The position numbers and the translations under genes were made by a program. 64,000 nucleotides of DNA from Hemiscyllium ocellatum (taxonomy: Eukaryota), in contig NC_083417.1 of assembly GCF_020745735.1 (NCBI RefSeq), positions 63,984,001 to 64,048,000 of the forward strand, in the 5' to 3' direction. Shown here in pieces: positions 49,740-64,000 of this stretch (its first letter is position 1; every line of letters starts with the position of its first letter). The notes under the pieces were generated by a model. The model was not told where the DNA came from. It made no database searches and saw only the letters and a list, made by a program, of their open reading frames with translations.

Positions 49740-50430
49740 ATCAGCTTCAGCCATTGGTTATTTATCTATTTTACTGGTTACATTTTCAAAATTTGTTGAG
49801 CATGATTTGCCTTTTGTAAACTCATGTTGTCTTTCTCTAATCCTTAACACTTTCTAAATGTTCTGTTATCTTATCCTTTCTAATGAATTTAAGGATTTTA
49901 AGCTAATGGGTCAGTAAATCTCTTTTTTTCCTCTCTCTTCTTCCTTTTTTAAATAGTGGGGTTACATCTTCAATTTCCAATTTGGAATTGTTCCACATCC
50001 GCAGAATTTTGGAAGATGAGTAACAATGCGTCCAATATTCCCAAGGCAACTTTTTTCATACTCTGTTAAAAATCAGGTAATTTGGACAAAGTGAGGACTG
50101 CAGATGCTGGTGATCAGAGTCGAAAAATGTTGTACTGGAAAATCCAGGGAGCAGGAGAGTCGTCGTTTCGAGCATAAGCTCATCATCAGGCATCAACCCT
50201 TTATCAGGCTCTTCCCGATGAATGGCATACATTCGAGACATCAACTCTCCTGCTCATTGGATGCTGCCTGACCTGCTGTGCTTTTCCAGCATCACATCCT
50301 TCGGCCCTGGTAATTTGCCAGTGTTTAACCCCATTAATTTCCCCAGCACATTGTTTTACTCATGTTGAATTCCTTCAATTCTGCCCTCTCACTAAACCCT
50401 TGGTGACTTAAAAATTCTGGTGTGTTATTT
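49740..50430 (-). mobile_element. Old CR1 fragment split by a PLE hairpin
   Basis: Antisense CR1 ORF2 phrases (GGAATTGTTCCACATCCGCAGAATTTTGGAAGAT; TCCCCAGCACATTG) on both sides of 50085-50308. Confidence 0.65.
50085..50308. mobile_element. Penelope-like family A hairpin
   Basis: TSD GGTAATTTG (50076-50084 and 50309-50317); inverted arms with degenerate hammerheads and a short duplicated centre. Confidence 0.82.
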
Positions 50431-50840
50431 GTGCTCCTTTTTGTGAAGACAGAAGCAAAGTTCCGTGGCATCACACCATCTCCCTGGTCATACATGCATA
50501 CCTGGAGCATCTTGATAACAAGGAAACCCATGTCAGACCCCTACTTATTGATTACAGTTCCTCCATCAACAATTTCAAACAAACTCATCTCCAAAATCCG
50601 GGACTAGGTCTTTGCTACCCCTTCTGTTTCCGGATTCTTGACTTTCTCACCAAATGACATCAGTCAATAGGATAGTCCACAATATTGGTACCTCAAAATG
50701 CTGCGTACCCAGTCTCTTCTATGCTCATTATACACACACAACTGTGTGGCCAAATTCCGCACCAACCACACTTACAAGTTTACGAATGATACCACTGTTG
50801 AACGTCAGATTTCAAACAACGGCAAGACACTTCTGAGGAG
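50430..50840 (+). mobile_element. Rex1/Babar-like LINE RT fragment
   Basis: ITVPPSTISNKLISKIRD*...ILDFLT, followed by degenerate PQ-CVPS-YTH RT motifs. Confidence 0.7.
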
Positions 50841-51849
50841 AAGTGTCTAAGAGGAGCCTCGAGTTCTGTATTGAGTGGTCCAATTGATCTTTATTTCAAC
50901 TCGTTACCACATGTGCCACAGGGGTCAGAGACTGCTTCAAATCTGGCTTTCACAATTCCAGATCAAGTCAGAGGAGAGGTCAATGATAATCTGCCTTCTC
51001 CAGTGGAATGCAACATGTTTAATCCATTTCATGTTACCATAATTACATGCAATATTCTCATTCTTCCCACTCCTTTAACCTATACATCCAATCCTGTGAA
51101 ATATCTGATCAATGATCGATACCCGCATGGACAACTCTAGGTTATCTGTGATCTCAAGATGTTTGCCAGACATTGTTATCATCAGGCCTTCAGATCTTAC
51201 AAAATAACTCATGAATTCACCTTCCGAATTTGATGGTTATACTCTTTTTCAGACATTTCCTAGATTTGCTTATTTCTAAGGAATGCTGAAATTCTATTGT
51301 ATTGTCACATCTATTTTTAGAATTGTTTAACTAACGGGTTTTCAGCAGCTTTTGTCCCACCTGACCTTGGAAAGTTGGGTAAACACTGCCCTTCTATCTT
51401 GCAGATGCACTGTAACTCATTCTAGTCGCATGCTATCTTTTAAGATGAAATTTACTGATTCTGTATGTTCTACACTAACTGTTTTACATAATAAGACAAC
51501 ATCTATTCCATTATTAAGACAAACTCAATAACTTTTCACAATTTAATTAACTTGTTCAAGCTCATAGGTTTTTATAAGACATAATCTTGTCATTTTTTAA
51601 ATTTATCATTTGTTTCTGTTATTCTGTGATCATGATTCTTTTTCTAACTATTGATGAATTACACCTTTGGGCTGTATATTCTCAGAAGTCCCTTATCAGA
51701 CAGATTCTTACACACACCTGCAGCTGTTGTTGGTACAGAACTTCCTGCACATTCATTTGGATGATTCTTTATTTAAAGTAGACTCTATTACCTTTGGTTC
51801 CTCTTTCTCAAAGCTACCATTCTGCTTAATTTATGACCTCAACCTAATG

Positions 51850-52740
51850 CTGGGCCAGGCAATTATTTCTGTTATTGCAGCCACTTTTATGCCAATGAAT
51901 GGCTATTTTGTGCTCCTCCTCACCATGGGCTGCCCCAGCAGAGACAAAGTACAGGAAGGAGATAGAATGTTCAATGGCATGGTACAAAGACAACAATCTC
52001 CCACCAATGTCAGCAAAACAAAGGGCCTGGAATGGAGGCCACACTCCTGTCTGTGTCAATGGTGCTAAGGTGGAGATAATCGACAGCATCAAGTTCCTGG
52101 GAGTGACGATCACCAACAATCTGTCCTGGTCCACCCATGGTGACACTGTGGTCAAGAAAACACAGAATTGCCTCTACTTCCTCCAGGGGCTAAGAAAATT
52201 TGGCATGTCCAAAAAACTATTACATTTTTTAAGATGCACCATACAAAGTACCTTATCTGGATGATCACAGCATGGTATGGCAATTGTTCTTTGAAAGACC
52301 GGTAGAAACTATGAGAAGTTGTGAACATAGCGCAGTCCATCATGCAAATCTGCCTCCCATCAAATGATATCACCTATACTTCGTGCTGCACCAGGAAAGC
52401 AACCAACATAATCAAAACTCCACCTATCCTGGTTATACTCTGTTCCACCCTCTTCCATCAAGTAGAAGATACCAAAGTTTGTGTACATGCATAAACAGAT
52501 TTACGAACAGCTTCTTCCCTGCCGATATCAGACTTTTGAGTGGACGTCTTTAATGTTAACATTTATCTCTCTCTCTTTTCACCTTACTGGCAACTGTAAT
52601 GTTGTGTCCTGCATTCTGATCTGTTACCCTGATGCTCTTGTATAGTATGATGTGCCTGTAATGTGCATAAACAACACTTTTCACTGTAAGTCAGTACATG
52701 TGACAGTAATGAATAAAATAAAATAATACCTTCAGATAAA
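51850..52740 (+). mobile_element. Rex1/Babar-like LINE RT C-terminus and 3' end
   Basis: ORF 51899-52264: WYKDNNL..VNGAKVEIIDSIKFLGVTITNNLSWSTHGDTVVKKTQNCLYFLQGLRKFGM; tail GTACATGTGACAGTAATGAATAAATAAA. Confidence 0.85.
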
Positions 52741-53677
52741 ACAAGGGCAAATAAACCTCTATACCCATATCCTCTGCTTATATCCCCAACCTCATTCCTA
52801 CTTCTTTGGCTGATATATCTCTGCCTCTTAAAGTTGAACAGCAGTTGGAGGAAGCAAAGACTGTGATAATAACGCAAGAGTCTACTCAGTTTGGGGGACT
52901 TCAACATTGACCACCAAGATTGACTCAGTGGCACCACTACCGCTTAGCAGTGAGGAGGTGAGTTACTCGCTTCAAGATTCCTAGCCTTTGGCATGCTGGT
53001 TTATAATGTGGGAAAATGTGAATTTATGCATTTTGGAAGGAAGAACTGAAGGGCTGAATATTATTTAAATGAAAAAAGATTGCATAAAGGTATAGCATTG
53101 AAGGATGTCAGATGTGGCTTAGGAGAATCTTGCTCCACTGCCACAAGAGGGTGAATGATCTGCTGTTCCCGACTAATTCTTCTCACCATTTGAGTGAGCT
53201 AGCTTTGTTGTCATTCATAACACTTGGTGCCTCACATGTAATCAATGTTTGTCTCTTCATTGTGCTACCAATGTGATACTACTTGCATTGCAGTGCTGCT
53301 TGCCTATCAGTTCAGACGTCATACATAAATGGAGCTAAGTGCAAGATTCAGCAGCTTACACATACACACAATAACTCACTGACATTTCATTACATATAAA
53401 AGCATTTGTATATCAGATAGCTTTTCACCACAGGCATGCATGGGATAAGGACACTATCACAGAATGTGGCTTCAGGATGAATATTTCACAGGTATGTTAG
53501 GCATATACATCATATCATGCTTTCTTGATGTGCAACATCGCTAGCTCCTTTATTATGTTTAATCATCCTTCAATTAAAAGTCTTTAATTTCTCAACTTCC
53601 CCTCACTCTACTAACCTTACGAGTGACACATACAGCTCCGGTGAGTGGCATTTCTATCTATCTATTGGTGCAAATAC

Positions 53678-53705
53678 AGAATAGAATAGAATAGAATAGA
53701 ATAGA
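53678..53705. repeat. (AGAAT)n, probably the tail of an antisense Rex1-like element
   Basis: Direct reading; adjoins TTTATTGTCACATATAC. Confidence 0.85.
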
Positions 53706-54964
53706 AATTTATTGTCACATATACTTTTAAATGAAAAATACTGAGAAAAGTTTTATAAATTGCCCTACCATTGCAGCTAAGTATGGTGATCATGTACGAA
53801 TACTGAAGTCTATTGATGCTTCTTTCCTTCTGCAAAGAAGGAGATCATGAATAAGCCACAGCAAACAAGCACAGATTTTTGGGATGGTGGTCTGGGAATC
53901 CCTCACATAAGGGCCCTCACCCTCTGGAAAAGCAAACCACAAAACTGACAGGAGAACAAGGGGAATGCGACCGTTGATGATGAGATGAGACATCTACAGC
54001 CATCCAATAAGAAAAGCTCAAAACAGCTGCTCCCAGCAGCAAGTTGTGCAACAAAGTCTGATGAAAAACTTGGAGGAAGCTGGTGGATCCTGATGCTAAC
54101 AAATATTTATATTTTTCTATGCAGCCTCCAAATCCAATTCCTAAGTCAGGACATTAATAAAAAAAAATGTCCAGCCTCCAGGCCGATCTCTACCAGCACC
54201 CCTGACAAGGAATGTGAGATTCATTAAAGCCTTCCAGAAACCCTGCCACTTCACATGCTGCATCCTCAGCTGCCCTCACCACGCAACCCCCCACCCCCCA
54301 CCCCCCGTCCCACCACCACTACCTACAACAGGTTAATACCTTTAATCTTAGTGGACAGTCTATTTACAATAAGCTCCGGTTCATGTTGTATTAAACACAC
54401 TACTGAAGCAGACTCGCACTCAAAGGCAAAGGACATTTGAAGATTGATAGTTACTCAGTCCTGGCTGAGCTCAGTGTATTAATAGACCTCTGGACACAGC
54501 CATAAAATAACTGATGGAGATCACAGACCTTCAGGGGAATGTCTGGCAGATGTGCCAAAGAACTGTACAGGATTAAGAGTGTGCAAAATATTCTTCCCAA
54601 ATTGTGTCTAATATTGTGGCTCTGGAATGCAAGTGCATGGCTAGTGGCATCTGAAATATTTCCTCAGAGGTCGGTATCCTGTCACGAAGTCATCCTTTAT
54701 GTGCATATGGACAGGTCTTGACACTGATCCAGCTCCCTCAGAGCCATCTGTCAGTGTGAACAGAATCTCTGACACTCCAGATTGTATCTGTCAGTCAGGG
54801 GTCCTAGATTGGACCAAATTACCAACCAGATTAACAGACCCAATCAGGCAATTCATATTTTCTAGCATTGACCTGGCTGACCTTATTATAATTATTAAAT
54901 CATTCATTACGCAGAGCTAGTTCCATCAGAACAATCATTTTGTGTGTTTTATAATCGCTCATGC

Positions 54965-56000
54965 AACGGAGGCATGGCTGTCTAGTGCAAAGATTTATTG
55001 CTAATCCCTAGTCACCTTTGGAAGGTGGTGATGAGCTTCTTTCTTGAGGTGTCAAATCCATTTGGTGTAGGTAGGCCTCAGTGGCATTCAGGAAGAATTT
55101 CCAGCATCTTGACCGATGAACAATGATTCTTTCCAAGTCCGGATGGTGAGTGGTTTGGAAGGAAGGTAGTGGTGTTCACGTTAATTTGTCATGTTTATCT
55201 TTTTTACATGGTAGTGGTCATGAATTTAGAAGATGTTTTCTATGGAGCCTTGGTGGATTTCTGCAATTAATGTTACAGATGGTACACACTGCTGTGACTG
55301 AACATCATACTGGAGGGAAAAAAATGTTTGTGGATTTGATGCCAATCAATGAAACAACTTTGGTCCACATGGCATCAAGTTTCTTGAGTGTTGTTGGAGC
55401 TGCACTCACCCAGGCAAGAATGGAGTATTCCATCACATTCCTGGCCAGTGGTCCCTCCTGTGCATATGCACAGCTGCTCCAATGTTCCACGCATGGCTAT
55501 TGTCATCAGCACGTTGATCATGGCATTGAATTCTGGTTCTGGAATTTGTTGCTGTGCACAGGTCTTGGAGGCACGTGCAGCTTAAAGGAAAATTATAGGG
55601 AATGCTGCTCCTGAAATTGGACTAGTAATTGGTGAATAATATTTGGGGATTCAGGAAGCAAGTTTCCTCATCTTTGACCTGCTTTGATAGCTAAGATATT
55701 CATATGGCTTGTCGAGTTCAGTTTCTGGTCATTTATAACCAGGATAGTGATAGTTTGGGATTTGTTGACTGGGATTTTTTGATAGCAATACCATCGAATA
55801 TCAAGGTACGATGCTTAGATTCTCCTCTAAGCTTGGCACAGTTGTGACACCAATATCACTTACCAAATCTCATCACAAACTGGATATTATTCAGGACATG
55901 CTGCATTTCAGTCATGGGCTGCTTCAATATCTGAGGATATGCGAATGGTGCTGAACACTGCACAAAGAACATTCAGACTTCCAACCTTATGATGGAGGAA
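54965..56000 (-). mobile_element. L2/CR1-group LINE (family distinct from the main CR1), RT 3' part
   Basis: ORF 55305-55490(-): RNVMEYSILAWVSAAPTTLKKLDAM; family not assigned with certainty. Confidence 0.7.
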
Positions 56001-56634
56001 AGGTTATGTATCAAGTATCTGATAAGGGTTAGATCTCGGACATGACTCTATCTCTTCAATGCCACTTTGCCAGGAGTTCCAGAATTTTGATTCATAGTTG
56101 ATGAAGGCAATTTGTTATATGTCCAGCTCAGACATAGTATGTGACTTTGATAGAAACTTGGATGTCACAAAATTTCTTTTTAGATTGTGAATTTTCAGTT
56201 TCTGGACTTTGTTGAAGAATCTATGGAACATTGCTGCTGCGAGTTCTAAGGCAATATGTACCGCATTTCTGACACACAATACAGAAAAATAAGTATGTCA
56301 TGAATATGTTCAATTTCAAGAAAATGGTTGTCTCCTGGACAGTTCCTGGTTTTAAAGTAATTTTTGCAGTTGCTCCTTTTCAGAGATAAAATACATTTTC
56401 TATGAAACGCCTCGTCTATATCTTGTCAGTTGTTCAGGAGCTTGAAGGAGTTATGAGATGAGCTCACTGTTACAATAACTCAGCTTCTGATGTGCTCTAG
56501 TGGTCAGAGCCATGATAGCTGTTGCAGTACAGCTTCTGATCTCTGTATAATTGGACAGCAGGATTGAAGCAGCTGAAGTGCTGCCACTTTGCCACCAAGT
56601 CTTGGCATGCAGGCTAGGCATATACACCAATCTG

Positions 56635-57830
56635 TCATAGAATCATAGAGACGGACAGTATGGAATGGATGCTTCCGTGCAACTCATCCATATTGACCAT
56701 ATATCCTCAACTAATCCAATTCCATTTGCCACCTTTTTGTCCCAAATCCCTCTAAACCCTTTCTATTCATGTACCTGTCATATTTGCACCAGCATCCACC
56801 ATTTCCTCTGGTAGTTCATTTCATACAAGGAACAACCTTTGCATGAAAAGATTGCTCCTTGGATCCCTTTTAGAACATGCCCTTCTCACCTTAAACCTAT
56901 GCCCCCTAGGTTTTGATTTCCCTACTCTGCGGAAAAGACCTTCGCTATTTACCCTATGCATGCCCCTCATGATTTTATAAACCTCTATAAAGGTTATCCC
57001 TTAGTATTGGATGCTCCAGCGAAAACAGTCCCAGCCTATTCAACCTTTCCTCATAGCTCAAACCCTCCAATGCTAACAACATCCTTGTAAATCTTTTCTG
57101 AACCCTTTCCAGTTTCAAAACTGACTTCCCATATCAGAGAGACCGGAACTGAATCCAATATTCCAAAACTGGCCTAACCAATGTCTGTACAACCACAAAA
57201 TGACCTCACTAATCCTATTCTCAATGAATTTACCAATAAAGGCAAATATACGAAACTCCTCCTTCACTATCCTGTCTACCTGTGACACCACTGTCAAGGG
57301 GCTACGAACCTGCACCCAATGCCTCTTTGTTCAGCAACACTCCCCCGGAGCCTACCATCAAGTACAGAAATCCTGTCCTGATTTGTCTGTCCAAAATGCA
57401 GCACCTCACGTTTATCTAAATTATATACCATCTGCCACTCCTCAGCCCATTTGCCCATCTAATCAAAGTTCTGCTGTATTCTGAGGTAACATTCTTCACT
57501 GTCCAATTAACACTAATTTTTGTGTCATCTACAAACCTATTAACCATACTGCTTCCAAATCATTTACACGAATGACAAAAACCAGTTGACACAGCACTGT
57601 TCTTTGTGGCATGCCAGTGGTAACAAGCCTCTAATCCAAAAGACAACCCTCCACCACCATTCTCTGTCTCCTACCTTCAAGCCAATTTTGTATCCAATTG
57701 GGTCTCCCCGGATTCCATGCGATTGAGCCATGGGGAAGTCTACCATGTAGAAGCTTGTCAGATGCCTTGTGCTCACTGTTCGGCCTTCATCAATCTTCAT
57801 CATCACTTATTCAAAAAACTCAGTTGATCA
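56635..57830 (-). mobile_element. CR1 RT and 3' end, with deletion
   Basis: ORFs 57115-57315 (EEFRIFAFIGK..WNIGFSSGL) and 57564-57806(-); tail at 56635-56700. Confidence 0.9.
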
Positions 57831-57959
57831 GAAGGCTGATGGGTATGGGAAGTGATATAACGTTGGAAGAGTTTGGAAATGTACAGAGAACGATTTTATT
57901 GAGCAGTTTGAATATTACGGCAAGGGTTTAATATCAGTGTTTTGCGAACATTAGTTGTG

Positions 57960-58280
57960 TCTTTTGCCCCAACTTTCTTATTTCATTTCCCAATGAGAAT
58001 GGGGAGTAGACGAGATTAGGAGGGATGGATGAACAGGGCTTAGTGTAGAATATGGAAAAGTAGCTGAGTTTTAACAATGGAGAGTTTATGGCATACTGAA
58101 AGGAGGACACTGCTGAGAAAGATGGTTGTGATTTTATTACAACAATTGATTCTGGGAGTAGTGGGGCAAGAGAGATATTAGCTCCTGTGGGAGGAGTCAA
58201 AATTCTTGGTAATATCACAATTGGAGCTGTAACTGCATCAAATAAAATATTCAATTTTTGCAGATTTTGTTTGACCTGAA
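57960..58280 (-). mobile_element. Probable L2-like endonuclease fragment
   Basis: Antisense KLSYFSIFYTKPCSS resembles the Y-R-P-P region; weak match. Confidence 0.4.
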
Positions 58281-58479
58281 TATTTGCCAAGGGAGCAGCT
58301 AATATGTGACAATTATTGTTACTTCGTCATTAGGTTTGAGTCTTCCCGTTCAACTAGAGGACATATTGCCAGCATTGTGATGTTCATCATGCATTTTGAG
58401 AGTGTACATGTAGTCATGAGTTCGGGGGAGGTGATGGGGAAGTATCATCAGCTTATTAATGGATTCTGACCATTATAAA

Positions 58480-58960
58480 TTGGACTGATTATAATGTAGG
58501 GGGGAAAGATTTTGAAGGGACATACGGGGCAACATTTTCATGCAGAGGGCGGTGCATGTATGGAAGGAGCTGCTATAGGAAATGGTATAATTGCAACATT
58601 TAAAAGGCATCTGGATGGGTATATGAATGGGAAGGTTTAGAGGGATATGGGGCAAATAGTGGCAGACGGGAACAGATTAATTTAGGATATCTAGTCAGCA
58701 TGGATGAGTTGGACCAAAAGGCACATTCTTTTCAGTGTCCTGGGCCCAGAAATCTTCAGCTGCTTCATCAATGACTCTGAGCCAAAGGTGTGTAATCCTA
58801 AATTAATTTACGGAGGGCTGCTGTCAGTCAAGAGTCCTGGTACAGTCTGTCAAGATCACTTGCAGTCAGGGACTCAGGAGGTTCCTCTCACTGCAGTCCA
58901 GGTACACTGGAAGCAGGAGATTGTCAGCTGGGAAGGTGAATGGAGCGTGGTCAGTGGTGA
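58480..58960 (+). mobile_element. CR1 3' end (58480-58730) followed by an L2/CR1-group RT fragment (58730-58960)
   Basis: CR1 tail, then SVLGPEIFSCFIND. Confidence 0.75.
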
Positions 58961-59249
58961 AAGGCTGCACAATATCACAGAACTGTTTCCTGCTAACTTA
59001 AACTGTAAGTATGCAACATGCTCTTCAATGCAATGTTTTCTTTTGTGGATGGTATGGATCTGGGGAGAAGAGATCAGTATTCATGCAGCACTTACAACCT
59101 TGTACTTTCTCTTTGTGGCATGACTGGTACTGCACTGATTAGACTAAGGTGCAATGTGTAAGTTCAAAACAACAAATGCTGCAGGTCAGAGCAGGTCAGA
59201 CAGAATCTTCGAAGAGAGAGCAAGCTAACGTACTGGCTTCACCAGAACA

Positions 59250-60240
59250 CTATTTTGTGCTTTCTCCCCATAGCCTTTCACCCCTTTAACCTTAGAGCTG
59301 TATTTAACTCTTTCTTTGAAAACATTCAAGGTTTTAATCTCAACTGCTTCCTATGGCAGAGAATTTCACAAGCTCATCACTCCTTGGGTGAATAAATTTC
59401 CATCTCAGTCCTATACAGCCTGTCCATACCTTTCTGCTGTGATCCTGGTTCTGAACTCCCTAGTCATGGGGAATGTACTTCCTGCATATATTCTGTCTAG
59501 TCCTATTAGCATGTTATAGACTTATATGAGAGATCCCTTCCTCATGTTTCTAAATGTTGGTGTAAATAGTCCTCACCAATCACATCTGTCATCAAACATT
59601 AGCCTTGCTATCTTAGGGATAGCTGCACTGCAGACACCCTTATCCCCTACCGTTCCCACAAAATAGACGCTCGTTCCTCACTAGTTATGGCTTCTCCAAG
59701 GCCTTGTACAATTATATGAAGGCATCCTGTTCCTGTGTTCATATCCTCTTGCTGTGAAGGCAAACATATCATTTGCTTTTTTCACTGCCTGCTGCACCTA
59801 AAAGCTTATTTTCAGTGACTAGTGTACTAAGACACCCCAGTCTCATTGCAATCCCCACTTTCCCAATCTATAGCCACTCAGATAATAACCTAGTTTCCTG
59901 TTTTTGCTATCAAAGTGGGTAACCTCACATTTATCCACATTATACTTCGTCTGCCATGCATTTGCTCACTCATTCATCTTGCTCAAAACACACTGAATCA
60001 CCCCAGCATCATCATCACAGTTCACCCTCCCACCCAGCTTTATAAGTGAAATGGTGGGTCCAAACACTGATACTTGCTTCACTCACCTCGTCAGTGGCTG
60101 CCATTTGGAAGATCCATTTGTTACAATATTTGTGTCCTATCAGCCAAACAGTTTTCCATCCAATTTGCTTTGATCTTAGATGTAAGTTTCTGATAGAAGA
60201 TTTCATCAAAAGCCTTCTGAAAATCGAAACTACTCGTGAT
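59250..60240 (-). mobile_element. Old CR1 RT to 3' end
   Basis: Antisense CR1 phrases, e.g. GGATAAATGTGAGGTTACCCACTTTG and GGGTGGGAGGGTGAACTGTGATGATGATGC. Confidence 0.8.
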
Positions 60241-61305
60241 AGAAATTAGAAATACAGATGAAAATGGAAATGAACTGAAGAGTAGAAGAATGTCTCTTGT
60301 CGAGAGACAGTGAGCACCGAAAGGGCCAAAACACCCCTTCTCTGTGTTATAAATTTTAAAATTTGACAGAACAAAGTTTTTCCACAGACGTATTTAGCAG
60401 TTAATTTTTCCAGTTTTAAAGTTCCTGACAGCGTAAAGCTCCTGAAATGTTTCTTTTTTTTAAAAAAAAGACACTAATTACACATCATACAGATTAAAAA
60501 TACACCTGTACCAAATGAAGACGGTTTGCAGAGTAGGATAGGTGGGTAGGGTGCACAAATGCAGATGGTTTTCCTACTCGTGACAATGCAGAGGATTTGT
60601 GACCTGCTGAGAGGGACACTTCCATTGCATCCGCCCATTCCTTCCAAGCATGGAAGGCATGCATTTAAGTGACAGACAAGTTTTCATTTATCAGGATAAG
60701 GTATACAAGACAGTATCTTGATAGCAACAAATTAATAAAATCAAACAAAAAGAAGGCAAATTAAAATTCTTCGAATAAATTGTGTTGAAAACTCTCCTGA
60801 AAATAAACTTGAGTACAGGAAGGAATTGAATATATGTGGCAGAATATTATTTTAAATCTCCTTCAGTACTCCCAACTCCACTAAAGATGATCTCTTCAGC
60901 ACCACGATATGGTTAGTCTACTTCTCTGTTGCCCATGTATACCACAGCTGAATTTTAACCAGAGAAAATAGAGGAAATTAATTTAATTCTTTAGCTCGTA
61001 GTTGCAAACTGAATTCTTGTTGGATCAAATTTCCAATTGCTTGGAAATGATGCAACCACAATAAAGAGAAATGTTAGCAAAATATTTTCTACGTTCTATA
61101 TATAGCAACATTTATGTAATTGGGAAGATGACTGACAAATGGTATTTAATACTGAAAATGTACAGTCATTGAAAATATTTAAATTAACAAAACATTGGAT
61201 TAAATACAAGTTTTGCGGTATGCTCGGAATAACGACTTGGAATTGACATATGAGTAACCTCTTCCCAACAAGAGGGAATTGTTGATAAACCAAATATACA
61301 TACAG

Positions 61306-61494
61306 GGCAAAGTGAGGACTGCAGATGCTGGGAACCAGAGATTAGATCAGAGTGGTGCTGGAAAAGCACAGCAGGTCAGGCAGCACCCGAAGAGCAGGAA
61401 GATCGACGTTTCAGGCAAAAGCACTTCATCAGGAATCCTGATGAAGGGCTTTTGCCTGAAACATTGATTTCCCTGCTCCTCGGATGCTGCCTGA
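61306..61494. mobile_element. Penelope-like family A hairpin
   Basis: TSD CCAAATATACATACAG / CCAAGTATACATACAG (61290-61305 and 61495-61510); axis TTCATCAGGA-A-TCCTGATGAA with hammerhead cores on both strands. Confidence 0.88.
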
Positions 61495-64000
61495 CCAAGT
61501 ATACATACAGCCAGGTCATTATTTCTATATAAGGACAGAGATTTTCCAAAATTTTGTAATTATCTGGTCAGACTATAATGTGCAACCATGGTCTTCATTT
61601 CTCAAAAGATAAAGACACTTGTGTTGAACTGGGTGAATCCAAGTGTTATGGACATGTTAGATCTTTCAGATTAGGCTGTAAACTTGAAGAGAAGGCTAAT
61701 TATGTGATATTGGTAAGACGCATTCAGCATTGATTCCAACCAGTGGATTATTGGATTAACTTGGTAAAATTTAAATTAAAAATTAGTCAACAATGATAAA
61801 GCTTTAGAGAGTTTGCAGGGTTAAATGCGAGTGAACAAAAGCTTAGATCAGTTGGAATCACGAAAGAGTGGATTCACTTTTCTCACTCTTGTCTATTTTA
61901 GAATATTTTTGACACTACTTCTGTCCATATTCACCCATTAATTTTAATGATATGATTAGAGCTATATGTTTTATTTGGAGAACGTGCACCCTTTACAAAG
62001 AAACTCAAAACTCTATTTGGTAGAGGCTGCATACAGTTAGATTAGATGGTTTCTCCTCTCTTTGACATTTGTTTCATTCTTGCATACTATTTTGTTTCAT
62101 ATTCATGCATTCTTTATATCCGATGAACACTGAAACATTTTGTATGTCCAAACCATGTTGGTGGACAACGCTGTTGTATTTTTATGGATCATCAGATGTT
62201 TGTATTATTTTCTCAGCTTTGTGATGTGATTAATCTTTCACTTTACCTAATGTTATTTGCTACTTAATCAGACAATTACTTAATGTGATTCAGACTCTGA
62301 AATCATATTGGAATTTGAAGTGTTTTCATGAAAATTGTAGCTGATTTTTACCTGTACAAAAGTAATGGTACATATTGAAAATAGCTTTTTAAAATGTACA
62401 AGTCAAGTGGTTAAAAACCAATGCAGAAAAATCCCATTAATTTATTTGGAGAACATGGGCTTCCACTCTATAGGAAACCTGCTAATACTTCCATATTGCC
62501 ACATTTTCTAAAGTTGTATCCATTTAAATGGGCATACAAACGTGAAGAAGAAAATGGAAAATGGTCCACTTCTTCATTTCACTGTAACCAAATCACAGAG
62601 TACCAGGGCACAAATGTTTAACATTATGAAATGGTGGGACAGAGTAGTTAGAACCAAAGTATTTCCCTCAGTAATAATACAACCTCAAATGAGACAGAAT
62701 ATAAGTTTCGATAATAAATGCAAGTGGTTTAGAACAAAGTCAAGATAGATATCTTTTCAGAGAGAGTTGAGATGCTGTGGGGTTCTTTTCAGGGTAATTT
62801 GTTAAAGCAACAAGCTATGGTGACATGCAGGGTTAGACTGGTGATTATGTGAATGAAACAAGAAAAAGAGGTGAGATGAAGTACAAGGATAGCATGGATA
62901 GGTTGTCTCGCGTGGAAGGTGACTGTCAGTAGTGAATGAGTAACCGTGGCCTTTACATTACAGATACTGTACTGTGCTTATATGCTAGCTTAATTACAAA
63001 TTGTTCACTTGCTTCACTGAATTCCGCATACAAAAAGTTTGATCTAATCCCGAGTTTATCATAGATGTGTTTAATCAGATTGTAACCATCTCTGTAGGCT
63101 ATAACCAGTAATGTTTTCTCTATTTGTACCGCTCCTTCATACATTTGATTGCAAATATTCTTCACTCTGATTCTACCTCAACATGTCACATTTGATTTCT
63201 AAATATCCATTCAGCAGTACCCTCATTCTTTATTCATCAAAAGCCTATTGACACCCCTAACTATTCAATTCACTAGGACACTGATCTTGATCTGGTTGAA
63301 GTACAGCCCTTCAAACTGATGAGCTCCCTTACTCCTCAGCACTGATTCCAGTCCCCCAGAATGGAAGCCTTTCGTTCCTCCGTCATTCTTTGAGGCTTAC
63401 ATTTAATTCTCTAACCTTTTTTTTTGATTCACTGTCTATTGGCACCTAGCTTCGTGCCTAGTAATTATTAGCTTTCATTTTCTGCATTTTAATTTGTAAG
63501 CCAAATATACAAACTATCACAGCAAAACACCAATTTCAGTTCTACAAATGCATTTGGTATCTCAGTTGCCCAACAGAATATTGGTGGAGCCTATTTAATT
63601 ACCCCTGAGCAAATTCCTTTTAAACTGTTTATCACACATATTTCAAAGGAAATCTAGAAGCTAAACAGCAAAAGCTTTATTTAGATAATATTTAATGCAA
63701 TCAATTGCAATATTCTCAGATTCTCAGTGGTCAATACATAAAGGGAGAAAATTGTAACATATTGCTTTGACATGTATGGATCATTTTTGTTTTATGTTCT
63801 TTACACTTCATTGAGCTCTCAAGAATGTCTATAGTTTTTGTTTCAAAAAAGGAGTTGACTTGCAACTTTAATGTTTTTTAAAGGAACCTAGATATGCTGC
63901 AAAACTTCAGATAAACCTGACATGAAACACAAAGATTAATTTCTACAGGGTGAAGTAGGAAGGTATACAGATATGATTCCTAGTCTATATGGTCTCTCAA

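Noticed and set aside
1-64000. CRISPR array, rRNA or prokaryotic operon
   Set aside because: No regularly spaced repeat-spacer units or rRNA signatures; the sequence is vertebrate and intron/retroelement-rich.

Overview
Eukaryotic, AT-rich, repeat-dense DNA, almost certainly from an elasmobranch (shark). This is inferred from seven HE1-type V-SINEs, many decayed CR1/HER1-like LINEs, Rex1/Babar and L2-like fragments, and three Penelope-like (PLE, GIY-YIG) lineages. There are no prokaryotic features, no CRISPR array, and no rRNA or true tRNA. Nearly all long ORFs in the supplied track are retroelement debris. One host gene is supported, on the minus strand at about 22.8-24.6 kb: leader exon, germline-joined VJ-type Ig exon, then a C1-set Ig exon. 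Its C1 splice donor looks mutated (GT>GA) and I found no convincing TM exon. Most interesting signals: (i) this non-rearranging VJ-C1 antigen-receptor-like gene; (ii) many PLE insertions shaped as long-arm/short-arm hairpins, flanked by 9-16 bp TSDs and centred on minimal hammerhead-ribozyme cores; (iii) one such hairpin carrying about 270 bp of captured PLE-flanking DNA in its centre, which looks like 3' transduction; (iv) an old segment present in three same-orientation copies (9.2, 18.1, 30.1 kb), suggesting local tandem duplication; (v) weaker orphan exon candidates. All alignments and identities were judged by eye, and repeat boundaries are approximate.
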